From IMG/VR virus record IMGVR_UViG_3300043446_002035: a stretch of 20,000 nt of DNA; one strand, written 5' to 3'. The stretch comes from an uncultured virus (IMG/VR IMGVR_UViG_3300043446_002035) (lineage: Duplodnaviria; Heunggongvirae; Uroviricota; Caudoviricetes). Below the pieces are notes generated by a model that did not search any database, was not told where the DNA came from, and was given only the letters and a program-made list of their open reading frames with translations. Below are positions 7,604 to 17,092 of this stretch, in pieces (position 1 is the stretch's first letter; each line of letters opens with the position of its first letter). Both the position numbers and the translations under genes were made by a program.

Positions 7604-7655
7604 CCAGGATGATTTTTTCGTAGTGCCCTTGTATGCAAGTGAGTGCTTACTTATT

Positions 7656-8150
7656 ATGAAAGAAAAATACATAAAAGCCCATATGAAAGCGGCAAGTGTT
7701 TATGCTGAACTTTCTACAGCAAAAAGATTACAGGTAGGTTGTGTAATCGTCAAAGACAATACTATTATTGGTATTGGTTACAATGGTATGCCATCTGGTT
7801 GGGACAACAATTGTGAAGAACTTGAATATGTGTTAAAATCCGAATGTCAGCAAAGTGACAAATTCATGTTGCATAATGGTTATACTGAAACTGCACATGG
7901 ATGGTCAAAATTGCACTCTAAGCCAGAAGTGCTTCATGCCGAATCAAACTGTCTTGCGAAAGTTTCTCGGTCAACAAACTCAAGTGAAGGGGCAACAATG
8001 TTTATTACCCACGCACCGTGCTTGGAATGTGCTAAAATGATATATCAGTCAGGAATCAAGGAGGTCTATTTCAAAGAAACCTACAGAAGTGAATCGGGTA
8101 TTGAATTTTTGAAAAAATGTGATGTTAAAGTTATTCAATGTAAGGAGTAA
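7656..8150 (+). CDS. cd: dCMP deaminase
   Basis: RLQVGCVIVKD, GYNGMPSG, VLHAESN (HAE), THAPCLECAK (PCxxC). Start ATG 7656. Confidence 0.95.
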   Translation: MKEKYIKAHMKAASVYAELSTAKRLQVGCVIVKDNTIIGIGYNGMPSGWDNNCEELEYVLKSECQQSDKFMLHNGYTETAHGWSKLHSKPEVLHAESNCLAKVSRSTNSSEGATMFITHAPCLECAKMIYQSGIKEVYFKETYRSESGIEFLKKCDVKVIQCKE

Positions 8151-8153
8151 GTT

Positions 8154-8384
8154 ATGAGTAATATTACAAAAGTGGCTAAACAACTGGCTGAAACAAACAC
8201 TAAACTTCCTAAAGCATACAAGTATGATCTTGTAATGCGTGAGTTTGATGACAAGGTTGAATTAATTGGTCTTGTTGATGACCCAACATATGACATTGCC
8301 GACTTTGTTGGCCGTGAAATGTTATTTCCAAAAAAGTGGGTAACACTTGATGTTTATGAACCATCTACAAAGGTAACAGTATGA
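8154..8384 (+). CDS. Hypothetical protein (76 aa)
   Basis: Strong SD AAGGAG; coupled to the next gene by ATGA overlap. Confidence 0.8.
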   Translation: MSNITKVAKQLAETNTKLPKAYKYDLVMREFDDKVELIGLVDDPTYDIADFVGREMLFPKKWVTLDVYEPSTKVTV

Positions 8385-8686
8385 GTGAAATAGTTTGTAT
8401 TACATTTAAAACACATCAAACAATTATTGGTGAAGTCACTGAACAAGGTGACGATATTGTAGTAAAAAATCCTATGCAAGTCATTGCTGTGCCACCACGT
8501 GCTGCAAATGATCCTGGTGGTGTTGGTTTTGCACCATATCTTGCTTATGTTGAAGAGTTTGACAAAGGCATCAAATTCAAGTATGATGATATTTTAACAG
8601 TCAATACGCCTGTGACCGATTTACTATCTCAATACAGAAAAATGTTCAGTCGCATTGAGATAGCGCCACCAGGTCTTAAACTTTAA
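8381..8686 (+). CDS. Hypothetical small beta-rich (Sm-like) protein upstream of gp43
   Basis: IIGEV..IVVKNPM..GFAPYL..Y.KMFS.I pattern, as often seen just before gp43 in T4-like phages. TAATG coupling. Confidence 0.75.
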   Translation: MSEIVCITFKTHQTIIGEVTEQGDDIVVKNPMQVIAVPPRAANDPGGVGFAPYLAYVEEFDKGIKFKYDDILTVNTPVTDLLSQYRKMFSRIEIAPPGLKL

Positions 8687-11214
8687 TGTCAAAATATTAT
8701 ACAAATGTTTGTGTCCACGGCAATAACATTCTTTTTCGTGGAGTAAACAATGGGCGGAGAGTAAAGAGCAAAGTCAAATACTCTCCGTCTTTGTTTGTGC
8801 AATCTAACAAACCATCTCAGTGGCGTTCATTGTTCAATGAGCCATTGGAACCTATGACTTTTGATACCATTCGGGAGGCACGTGATTTTGTCAAACGTTA
8901 TGAAGACATTGCAAACTTTAAAATCTACGGCAATACACGCTATGAATACGCCTTCATTGCTGACAATTTTAGAGGCATTATTGATTGGGATATTTCTCAT
9001 CTCTCTGTCGTATTCATAGACATTGAGGTCGGTTCAGAAAATGGATTTCCCGATCCATACAAGGCCACTGAGCCTATTACAGCAATCGCTATTCATCAAT
9101 TGAACGGCGGTACTACAGTTTATGGTTGTGGTGATTATGAGGTAAAAGGTGAAGAAACATACATTCGTTGTGAAGATGAAATCGATCTGTGTGAACGGTT
9201 TATTGCTGACTGGTCAAGTAATTGGCCTGACGTTGTTACTGGTTGGAATATCAAGTTCTTTGATGTTCCTTACCTTGTCAATCGGTTTAAACGTTTATTT
9301 GGGGATGATGCAGTAAATAAGTTGTCGCCATGGTCAGTCTATTCAGAAAGAAAGACCATGTTCAAAGGCAAAGAACAAACTGTTTATGATTTGATTGGCA
9401 TTTCTGTTCTTGACTATCTTGAACTGTATCAATGGTATGCGCCAGGTGGTAAAAACGCCGAGAACTATCGTCTTGATACAATTGCAAGTGTAGAACTTGG
9501 TGAAAGCAAACTATCGTATGATGAATATGATAATCTACATCAACTTTATAAACTTGACCATCAGAAGTTTATTGAGTATAACATCAAAGATGTACACCTG
9601 ATTCTGAAGTTAGAAGACAAACTAAAACTAATTGAACTTGCACTTACTCTGGCATATGACACAAAGTGTAACTATGATGATGTGTTTGCACAAACAAGAA
9701 TGTGGGATGCACTAATCTACAACTATCTACTAGAAAAAAAGATTGTTGTGCCACCACGCCGTGTTGCAAAGAAGAGTGAAGCATTTGAAGGTGCATATGT
9801 CAAAGAACCACAAATTGGCTTACACAATTGGGTTGCATCGTTTGACTTGAACAGTCTGTATCCGCATTTGATTATGCAATACAATATCTCACCCGAAACT
9901 TTGGTTGAGAAAGAAGATTATACAGATGACATGCGCCGTCTTTCAACACAGGCATCAGTAGAAAGTTTGCTTGAGAGAGAAATTGACACAAGTGTGATGA
10001 GCAATGTAACTATCACACCTAACGGTCAATTCTTTCGTACAGACAAACAAGGCTTTCTGCCAGCAATGATGATTGAGATGTATGAAGACCGCAAGAAATT
10101 CAAGAAGTTGATGTTGAAGCAGCAACAAGATTATGAAGATGAAAAAGATGCAGCAAAGAAAAAAGAAATTGAAAAGTTAATTGCAAGATATAACAATCTA
10201 CAGTTGGCTAAGAAAGTCTCTTTGAACTCTGCTTATGGTGCGATGGGTTCACAGTATTTTCGGTTCTATGATTTGAGGCAAGCACTTGCTGTTACACAAG
10301 CAGGTCAATTGTCAATTCGTTGGATTGAAAACAAACTCAACGAATATCTAAACAAATTATTAAAAACTGATAAAGACTATGTTATTGCTTCAGATACAGA
10401 TTCGATCTATCTCAATCTTGGTCCATTGGTTGATTCTGTCTATAAACAGAAGTCATCGGCTGAGAAAGTTATCACCTTCATGGACAAAATCTGTGAAGAG
10501 AAGATTCAACCATATATTGATGAAAGTTATCAGAGTCTTGCTGAATATGTTCACGCATACGACCAGAAAATGCAAATGAAACGTGAAGGCTTGTCCGACA
10601 AAGGTATTTGGACAGCAAAGAAACGTTATATTCTGAATGTGTACAATAACGAAGGTGTACAATATGCAAAACCCAAACTCAAAGTTATGGGTCTTGAGAT
10701 GGTCAAGTCATCAACACCTACCGCCGTAAGAGCCAAGATGTACAAGCTGGTTGATTTGGTCGTAAACACCGACGAAGAAACGGTGCATCAATTCATTGCC
10801 GACTTTAGAGAAGAGTTTCGTAAGTTACCTGTTGAAGATATTTCTTTTCCACGTGGTTGTAATGGCTTGAAAGAGTATGCTGATTCTACTACAATATACA
10901 AGAAAGGCACTCCAATACATGTGAAGGGTGCAATACTGTATAATCATTTCCTTAAACAGCACAACTTGTTGACTAAGTATCCTTTGATACAAGAAGGTGA
11001 AAAGTTGAAATTCACCTATCTTAAAACACCAAACCCGTTTAGAGATACAGTTGTTTCTTTTCCAACAAGACTACCAAAAGAGTTTGGTCTGCAAGAATAT
11101 ATTGATTATGAAACACAGTTTGAAAAAACTTTTCTTGAACCGATCAAATTGATTCTTGATTGTATTGGTTGGAAGACAGAGAAGCGATACACACTTGAAA
11201 GTTTCTTCACGTGA
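8686..11214 (+). CDS. 43: Family B DNA polymerase (T4 gp43)
   Basis: ExoI DIEV, ExoII GWNIKFFD, ExoIII YNIKD; polymerase motifs SFDLNSLYP, KKVSLNSAYG, SDTDS, KKRY; C-terminal clamp-binding-type tail TLESFF. No intein or split visible. Confidence 0.99.
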   Translation: MSKYYTNVCVHGNNILFRGVNNGRRVKSKVKYSPSLFVQSNKPSQWRSLFNEPLEPMTFDTIREARDFVKRYEDIANFKIYGNTRYEYAFIADNFRGIIDWDISHLSVVFIDIEVGSENGFPDPYKATEPITAIAIHQLNGGTTVYGCGDYEVKGEETYIRCEDEIDLCERFIADWSSNWPDVVTGWNIKFFDVPYLVNRFKRLFGDDAVNKLSPWSVYSERKTMFKGKEQTVYDLIGISVLDYLELYQWYAPGGKNAENYRLDTIASVELGESKLSYDEYDNLHQLYKLDHQKFIEYNIKDVHLILKLEDKLKLIELALTLAYDTKCNYDDVFAQTRMWDALIYNYLLEKKIVVPPRRVAKKSEAFEGAYVKEPQIGLHNWVASFDLNSLYPHLIMQYNISPETLVEKEDYTDDMRRLSTQASVESLLEREIDTSVMSNVTITPNGQFFRTDKQGFLPAMMIEMYEDRKKFKKLMLKQQQDYEDEKDAAKKKEIEKLIARYNNLQLAKKVSLNSAYGAMGSQYFRFYDLRQALAVTQAGQLSIRWIENKLNEYLNKLLKTDKDYVIASDTDSIYLNLGPLVDSVYKQKSSAEKVITFMDKICEEKIQPYIDESYQSLAEYVHAYDQKMQMKREGLSDKGIWTAKKRYILNVYNNEGVQYAKPKLKVMGLEMVKSSTPTAVRAKMYKLVDLVVNTDEETVHQFIADFREEFRKLPVEDISFPRGCNGLKEYADSTTIYKKGTPIHVKGAILYNHFLKQHNLLTKYPLIQEGEKLKFTYLKTPNPFRDTVVSFPTRLPKEFGLQEYIDYETQFEKTFLEPIKLILDCIGWKTEKRYTLESFFT

Positions 11215-12122
11215 TACATGTAATACTGCCATTTTTGACTGCTATTGCCTTATCGGGTATTGCTGCATATTACTCGGTGATTGGACTTGCACAGATATTT
11301 CCAGGTTCATACTGGCCTATTATTCTCATGGGTTCTGTGCTTGAAGCAGCAAAACTGGTAACTGTATCGTGGGTATATAATCATTGGAAAACAACATTCT
11401 CTGCACTCAAACTTTATTTTCTCATTGCAGTTGTGTTGTTGATGGGTATTACATCAATGGGTATTTTTGGTTATTTGTCAAAAGCACACATTGAACATTC
11501 AAGCACAATAGCACCACAAGCAGCAAAGGTAGAAATCTATGATGAAAAGATCAAAGTTATTCAATCGCAGATTGAGAGGAACAACAAGAACCTTAGTCAG
11601 TATGATGAGGCTGTCGATCAAGTTATGGGCAGGTCAAAAGACGAAAAGGGTGCCGAACGGGCGAACCAGATCCGCAAAGCCCAACAGAAAGACCGTGAGA
11701 GAATCATTGCTGAGACTAAGAGGCTTCAAAAAGAGATACAGACACTCACAGAGGAAAAGCTCCCTTTATCCTTGGAAGTTAAAAAGGCTGAATCGGATTT
11801 GGGGCCTATAAAATATGTTGCCGAAGTAGTTTATGGCACACAAGATAGGGACTTGATTGACAAAGCAGTTCGCCTAGTTATCTTTGTCATTATCATTGTG
11901 TTTGACCCACTTGCTGTGCTATTATTGATAGCGGCAAATCAAACATATCGTAGAATCAGAGAAGATAAAGGTGAAATAGAGCCAATCAAAAAGGTTGTAA
12001 AGAAGAAAAAACTTGACAGCACACCATCACGTACATTAGAATCATTCTTTGTAGATGATAAACATACGGTGATACCAAAAGATAAAATTGCAGACATTGG
12101 AGATATGAATGAGCGTACTTGA
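11211..12122 (+). CDS. Membrane protein with 3 N-terminal and 1 late TM segments flanking a coiled coil
   Basis: Hydrophobic runs (aa ~3-27, 35-55, 66-88), GIFGYLSKAH, a long heptad-like charged region, IFVIIIVFDPLAVLLLIAAN, and a basic tail containing TLESFF. Confidence 0.85.
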   Translation: MIHVILPFLTAIALSGIAAYYSVIGLAQIFPGSYWPIILMGSVLEAAKLVTVSWVYNHWKTTFSALKLYFLIAVVLLMGITSMGIFGYLSKAHIEHSSTIAPQAAKVEIYDEKIKVIQSQIERNNKNLSQYDEAVDQVMGRSKDEKGAERANQIRKAQQKDRERIIAETKRLQKEIQTLTEEKLPLSLEVKKAESDLGPIKYVAEVVYGTQDRDLIDKAVRLVIFVIIIVFDPLAVLLLIAANQTYRRIREDKGEIEPIKKVVKKKKLDSTPSRTLESFFVDDKHTVIPKDKIADIGDMNERT

Positions 12123-13170
12123 CAAACTAAAGAAATCATCAACGATCAAAGAGACATCGGTGCTTTCTAAATCAAAGTTCTTTACGGAAAAAGACATGAT
12201 TCAAACTGATGTGCCTATTGTCAATGTGGCACTTTCGGGTGATTTAGATGGTGGCTTGACACCTGGTCTTACGATGTTTGCCGGTCCATCAAAACACTTC
12301 AAGACGGCATTTGCTTTACTCATGGCAAAATCTTACATGAACAAATATGATGATGCCGTTGTATTATTTTATGATTCAGAATTTGGCACACCACAAAGTT
12401 ACTTTGATGCCTTTGGTATAGATACTGAACGTGTGTTGCACACACCAATTACTGATGTTGAACAGTTGAAACATGACATCATGAATCAACTACAAAACAT
12501 TGAGAAGACTGACAAAGTAATTATTGTGTTAGATTCAATTGGTAATTTGGCATCAAAGAAAGAAGTTGAAGATTCAATTGAAGGTAAATCTGTTGCTGAC
12601 ATGAGCCGAGCAAAGCAGATGAAGTCTTTGTTTCGTATGGTCACACCACATCTAACGATCAAAGATATACCAATGGTCGTTGTTAATCACACATACAAAG
12701 AGATTGGTATGTTTCCGAAAGACATCGTTGGTGGTGGCACAGGCTCTTATTACTCAGCCGATACAATTTGGATTCTTGGTCGTCAACAAGACAAAGATGG
12801 TTCAGAAATCGTTGGCTACAACTTCATCATCAACGTAGAGAAAAGTAGATATGTCCGTGAAAAATCTAAAATACCTGTTACTGTATCTTTTGATGGTGGT
12901 ATTAACAAGTGGTCTGGCTTATTGGATATCGCTATCGAAGGTAATTTCGTTGTGAAGCCAAGTAATGGCTGGTATGCCAAAGTTGACCAAGAAACTGGTG
13001 AAGTGTTAGACAAAAAGAGATTTGCAGAAACACAAACAGAAGAATTTTGGAAGGATATTCTTGCTGATGAAAGGTTCAAGGAGTTTGTAAGGAAGAAATA
13101 TGAAATCACTTATAGTAGCATTATGGGCGAAACTGTATCCTTGGAAGAAGAAGCCGAAGTATCAGATTGA
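12109..13170 (+). CDS. uvsX: UvsX RecA-like recombinase
   Basis: NVALSG, AGPSKHFKT, FYDSEFG, DSIGNLASKKE, DMSRAK, VVNHTY, GGGTG. Confidence 0.98.
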   Translation: MSVLDKLKKSSTIKETSVLSKSKFFTEKDMIQTDVPIVNVALSGDLDGGLTPGLTMFAGPSKHFKTAFALLMAKSYMNKYDDAVVLFYDSEFGTPQSYFDAFGIDTERVLHTPITDVEQLKHDIMNQLQNIEKTDKVIIVLDSIGNLASKKEVEDSIEGKSVADMSRAKQMKSLFRMVTPHLTIKDIPMVVVNHTYKEIGMFPKDIVGGGTGSYYSADTIWILGRQQDKDGSEIVGYNFIINVEKSRYVREKSKIPVTVSFDGGINKWSGLLDIAIEGNFVVKPSNGWYAKVDQETGEVLDKKRFAETQTEEFWKDILADERFKEFVRKKYEITYSSIMGETVSLEEEAEVSD

Positions 13171-13471
13171 CGAAGACTTCCATTTTCTATCATCTGAAGA
13201 AGATGATGTCATAACAAACATCGGCATACTCAAAGGTAAGTATGCTGGTGTTGTTTATCAATATGGCAAAGCAAAGATTGTAGAAGAAGGCGACTTTGCC
13301 CGACTTTCGTTTGATTACACAATCATCAACTCCTCATCATTTGATATGAATGACTTGCAAAATGATGAAGAGTTTGTTACAATGATTGGTGATATACTCA
13401 CAGAAATACTTTTGGAAAAACCGAATGAAAAGACTAGAAACTACGATACTGAAGAACTTAATTTACAATGA
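13100..13471 (+). CDS. Hypothetical protein in the gp40 position (between uvsX and gp41)
   Basis: SD AAGGA 13089-13093 before ATG 13100; GKYAGVVYQYGK..LSFDY..IGDIL. Start uncertain because of a 71-nt overlap with uvsX. Confidence 0.7.
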   Translation: MKSLIVALWAKLYPWKKKPKYQIDEDFHFLSSEEDDVITNIGILKGKYAGVVYQYGKAKIVEEGDFARLSFDYTIINSSSFDMNDLQNDEEFVTMIGDILTEILLEKPNEKTRNYDTEELNLQ

Positions 13472-14831
13472 AGATTATGCAAGAAAGATTTTACCTTTCA
13501 TAAAAACAGAATACTTCACTGACAGCACCGAAAAAATTGTGTTCAACGAAATTGATGAACACATTCACCAATTTAAACATCTTCCTACCTACGAATCTCT
13601 TGTAATTAATTTCACTGAATCACGCAAACTAACTGAAGATCAGGTCAGAAAATCAGTTGAGATGATTCGTGAAATAAATGCAGATAAAGATGACCCAACA
13701 GATACAGAATGGCTAATCAAACAAACAGAGAAGTTTTGTCAAGATAAAGCAATCTACAATGCCATCATGAAGTCTGTTAATATTCTTGATGATAAGGCTA
13801 ACAAAGAAGATAAAGGCATGATACCAAAGTTGTTAAGTGATGCACTTGGTGTATCATTTGACAGGTCCGTTGGTCACGACTATATTGATGATTCCGACAA
13901 CCGTTTTGAGTTCTATCATCGTCATGAAACAAAAATACCATTTGACCTTGATTTGTTCAATAAAATTACCAAAGGTGGTCTGCCAAAGAAAACACTGAAC
14001 ATTGCACTTGCTGGCACAGGCGTTGGTAAATCATTGTTCATGTGTCATGTGGCTGGTTCATGTTTATCACAAGGCCTGAATGTGTTGTATATCACAATGG
14101 AAATGGCCGAAGAAAGAATTGCTGAACGTATTGATGCGAATCTATTGAATATTGATATTGCAGACTTAAATTCTATTTCAAAGCAAGATTATGATCGTAA
14201 GTTTTCTGCACTCAAAGTCAAGACACAAGGCAAACTTATCATCAAAGAGTATCCAACAGCAGCAGCATCAGCATTGCACTTCCGTGCTTTGTTAAATGAA
14301 TTGCAACTAAAGAAAAGTTTCAAACCTGACATCATCTTCATTGACTATCTTAACATTTGTGCAAGTGCCAGAATCAAACCTGGTGCTAATGTAAATAGTT
14401 ATTCTTATGTTAAGGCTATTGCGGAAGAGCTTAGAGGTCTAGCGGTTGAGTTTGATGTTCCAATAGTATCGGCTACGCAGACAACTCGTTCTGGCTTCAC
14501 CTCCAGCGATCCTGGTCTTGAGGACACTTCAGAGTCCTTTGGCCTACCAGCGACCGCTGACTTTATGTTCGCTTTGATAAGTACCGAAGAGTTGCAACAA
14601 TTGAATCAGATATTAATTAAGCAACTAAAGAATCGTTACAATGATCCTGGTTATTTCAAAAGGTTTGTTATTGGTATTGACAGAGCCAAAATGAAACTGT
14701 ATGATGTAGAACAGTCAGCACAAGAAGACCTTGTTGATTCTGGTCAAGTTGATGACAAACCTCTGAATAGTTTCGGTGACCGTGAAAGACAGTCAGGAAT
14801 GAAGAATAAGTTCGGAGGCTTCAAGGTATAA
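13425..14831 (+). CDS. 41: Replicative DnaB-like helicase (T4 gp41)
   Basis: ALAGTGVGKS, YITMEMAEERI, IIKEYPT, IDYLNIC, SATQTTR, TSESFGLPATAD, KQLKNRY. Start ATG 13425 (MKRLETTIL). Confidence 0.98.
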   Translation: MKRLETTILKNLIYNEDYARKILPFIKTEYFTDSTEKIVFNEIDEHIHQFKHLPTYESLVINFTESRKLTEDQVRKSVEMIREINADKDDPTDTEWLIKQTEKFCQDKAIYNAIMKSVNILDDKANKEDKGMIPKLLSDALGVSFDRSVGHDYIDDSDNRFEFYHRHETKIPFDLDLFNKITKGGLPKKTLNIALAGTGVGKSLFMCHVAGSCLSQGLNVLYITMEMAEERIAERIDANLLNIDIADLNSISKQDYDRKFSALKVKTQGKLIIKEYPTAAASALHFRALLNELQLKKSFKPDIIFIDYLNICASARIKPGANVNSYSYVKAIAEELRGLAVEFDVPIVSATQTTRSGFTSSDPGLEDTSESFGLPATADFMFALISTEELQQLNQILIKQLKNRYNDPGYFKRFVIGIDRAKMKLYDVEQSAQEDLVDSGQVDDKPLNSFGDRERQSGMKNKFGGFKV

Positions 14832-14834
14832 ATA
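14827..14834 (+). promoter_or_regulatory. T4-type late promoter (gp55-dependent)
   Basis: Exact TATAAATA overlapping the gp41 stop codon, 27 bp before ATG 14862, with SD AAGGA between. Confidence 0.85.
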
Positions 14835-14861
14835 CTCTAATAACAACTGAAAGGATGTTTA

Positions 14862-15590
14862 ATGAGTGCAGCCTCCGACAAATTTGAAAATGATGTCGCC
14901 AAAAATATCAATAAGATTCCTGGAGTTACAGCAAAAAGGCCGAAAGTTAGCACAGAGTATTCTGATGTATTGATGGAGTACAATCGCATGAAAGTGTGGA
15001 TAGAGGTAAAAATGTCTCACACAGATAATCTTTCCAATCCACGTGTTTATTATGAGAAAGGTAAGTGGCATACGACTTATAAAACTCCTGCTGCCAAACA
15101 CACCGTAGATATTTTGAATAAGTCTGCACAAGCCAAAAAGTTTATCAAGGATATTGCAAAGTTTTCTGGCATACCCGAAAAAGTAATCAAGATACCAACT
15201 ACAAAAAGTGGACTCAAAGAGGAAGGTGCAGTGCCTTTGAGTGTAATGAAAGCATTTTTTGATCAACCAAGTGTCAATCGTTATATTGCTAATGAAGAAA
15301 ATTATAATCTTGGTGATGTCGTAACAGAACACTATACAATTGGTAAAGCGGAGCCGGCTTACTACATGCAGGCAGGTGATGATTTTTATATGATATCAAA
15401 AAAGAATCCACTCAAAATAAAAGGCATTCCAGTTTTGAGTGGATCAGGTGATTTCAAAGTTCGTGTTGCTACCCGTTCAGAATTTTATGAAGTACAAGCG
15501 GAAATAAAAATCAAAAAAATGCCTAATAGTAAATTTTCTGTGGCACCAGGAACAAAAAAAGAAAACCCATTTCTAAGTATGTCAAAATGA
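14862..15590 (+). CDS. Putative PD-(D/E)XK (restriction-like) nuclease-fold protein
   Basis: DKFENDVA (E helix), YSDVLM....VWIEVKM (D...ExK); very Lys-rich. Confidence 0.62.
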   Translation: MSAASDKFENDVAKNINKIPGVTAKRPKVSTEYSDVLMEYNRMKVWIEVKMSHTDNLSNPRVYYEKGKWHTTYKTPAAKHTVDILNKSAQAKKFIKDIAKFSGIPEKVIKIPTTKSGLKEEGAVPLSVMKAFFDQPSVNRYIANEENYNLGDVVTEHYTIGKAEPAYYMQAGDDFYMISKKNPLKIKGIPVLSGSGDFKVRVATRSEFYEVQAEIKIKKMPNSKFSVAPGTKKENPFLSMSK

Positions 15591-16810
15591 AATTCATGGA
15601 ATATCTCAAAGAAAGTAAAGAAGGCAAGAATGTTCATCTTGAGCATCTTGAAGACAACGTACTAAACGGTGGTGTATCAGGCGCACGTGAAGCAATAGAT
15701 TTTCTTCGTTCATTGCGTAATATGCTTGCCGGTCATACAGGTTCAAAAATAAATGTAACCACAAAATGGGATGGCGCACCTGCTATCTTTGCTGGTACAA
15801 ATCCAGAGAACGGTAATTTTTTCGTTGGCACTAAATCAGTGTTTGCAAAAAATGCAAAATTGAATTATACTGATGAAGATATTGATGCAAATCATCCTGG
15901 TGGTGGACTGAATCAGAAACTAAAACTTGCACTTGCATTCTTACCTAAATTGGGTATCAAAGGTGTACTGCAAGGTGATATGATGTTCAGTAAGGGCGAC
16001 ATCAAAAAAGAAACTATTGATGGTGAAGAATACATTATATTTCAACCAAACACAATCGTATATGCTGTGCCAACAAAATCAAAGTTAGCACAGACAATGA
16101 TGGCTGCACAGATTGGTGTTGTGTTTCATACATCATACTCTGGTAAAACATTAGAGACAATGAAAGCATCATACAACATTGACATTGGACATTTGAAGCC
16201 AACAAAAGATGTTTGGTTTCGTGATGCTTCGTTTACTGATGCGTCAGGTTCAGTTACATTTACTGAAGAAGAAACGGCAGCAATTACATCTATTCTTTCA
16301 AATGCAGGCAGAGTTTTCAATTCAATACCCGCATTGACATTGAATCGTATTGCTGCATCGGATGTTTTTCTTACACAAATCAAAACATTCAACAATACAA
16401 AAGTTCGTGAAGGTAAAAAGATTGCAGACACAAGAATTCATACACAAGAATTGATGAATTATGTTGAAGCAAAATTGAACAAAGAAATTCTTGCAGCAAA
16501 GAAAGAAGATACAAAACAAAAACGTATCAAAGAAAAGAATGAAGTGATGCGTTTCTATCGTTCAAATGCCATTCAACTAAAATCAATATTTGACTTGATG
16601 AATTTGATTGTTGATGCCAAGTTGATGATTATTCGTAAGTTGGAAACTATCAAGAGCATTGGTACATTTGTTCGCACTGATGATGGTTTTCGTATCACAG
16701 CACCAGAGGGTTTTGTTGCTGTAGATCATGTTGGTAAAGCATTGAAACTAGTAGACAGACTAGAGTTCAGCAGACAAAACTTTAACGCACAGAAAGCATG
16801 GGACAAGTAA
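15587..16810 (+). CDS. DUF6267-like protein with ligase/nucleotidyltransferase motifs
   Basis: KNVHLEHLED, TTKWDGAPA (KxDG), VLQGDMMF, PEGFVA, LKLVDRLEFS; N-terminus MKFMEYLKE. Confidence 0.75.
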   Translation: MKFMEYLKESKEGKNVHLEHLEDNVLNGGVSGAREAIDFLRSLRNMLAGHTGSKINVTTKWDGAPAIFAGTNPENGNFFVGTKSVFAKNAKLNYTDEDIDANHPGGGLNQKLKLALAFLPKLGIKGVLQGDMMFSKGDIKKETIDGEEYIIFQPNTIVYAVPTKSKLAQTMMAAQIGVVFHTSYSGKTLETMKASYNIDIGHLKPTKDVWFRDASFTDASGSVTFTEEETAAITSILSNAGRVFNSIPALTLNRIAASDVFLTQIKTFNNTKVREGKKIADTRIHTQELMNYVEAKLNKEILAAKKEDTKQKRIKEKNEVMRFYRSNAIQLKSIFDLMNLIVDAKLMIIRKLETIKSIGTFVRTDDGFRITAPEGFVAVDHVGKALKLVDRLEFSRQNFNAQKAWDK

Positions 16811-17082
16811 TGGAATACGATATCAATAAAATTTTAGCAGAGTATGCAGATGATGATTTTGGCTTCAGCACAGTAGATGAAGTTGAGTACCAAGCAGTCA
16901 TTGCTGAGAAAGATGAAACCGTTGAAGAGTATAAAGCAAGACTTCAACAAGTGGAAAAGATTATCATGCCATTTCTGACGAATCTATACAAGACCGCAAG
17001 TCAGCCATACATTCATTGGCCTAATCGTGGTCCTATCATTGAGAAACAAATGCAAAAAATACTGACACTCACAAGAGGATAA
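16810..17082 (+). CDS. Hypothetical protein (90 aa)
   Basis: TAATG coupling at 16808-16812; DDDFGFS...IMPFLTNL...YIHWPNR. Confidence 0.78.
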   Translation: MEYDINKILAEYADDDFGFSTVDEVEYQAVIAEKDETVEEYKARLQQVEKIIMPFLTNLYKTASQPYIHWPNRGPIIEKQMQKILTLTRG

Positions 17083-17092
17083 GGAGACTCAT

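Noticed and set aside
8686..14831. Inteins, introns or splits in gp43, uvsX or gp41
   Set aside because: ORFs are continuous, of normal length, with motifs in normal spacing.
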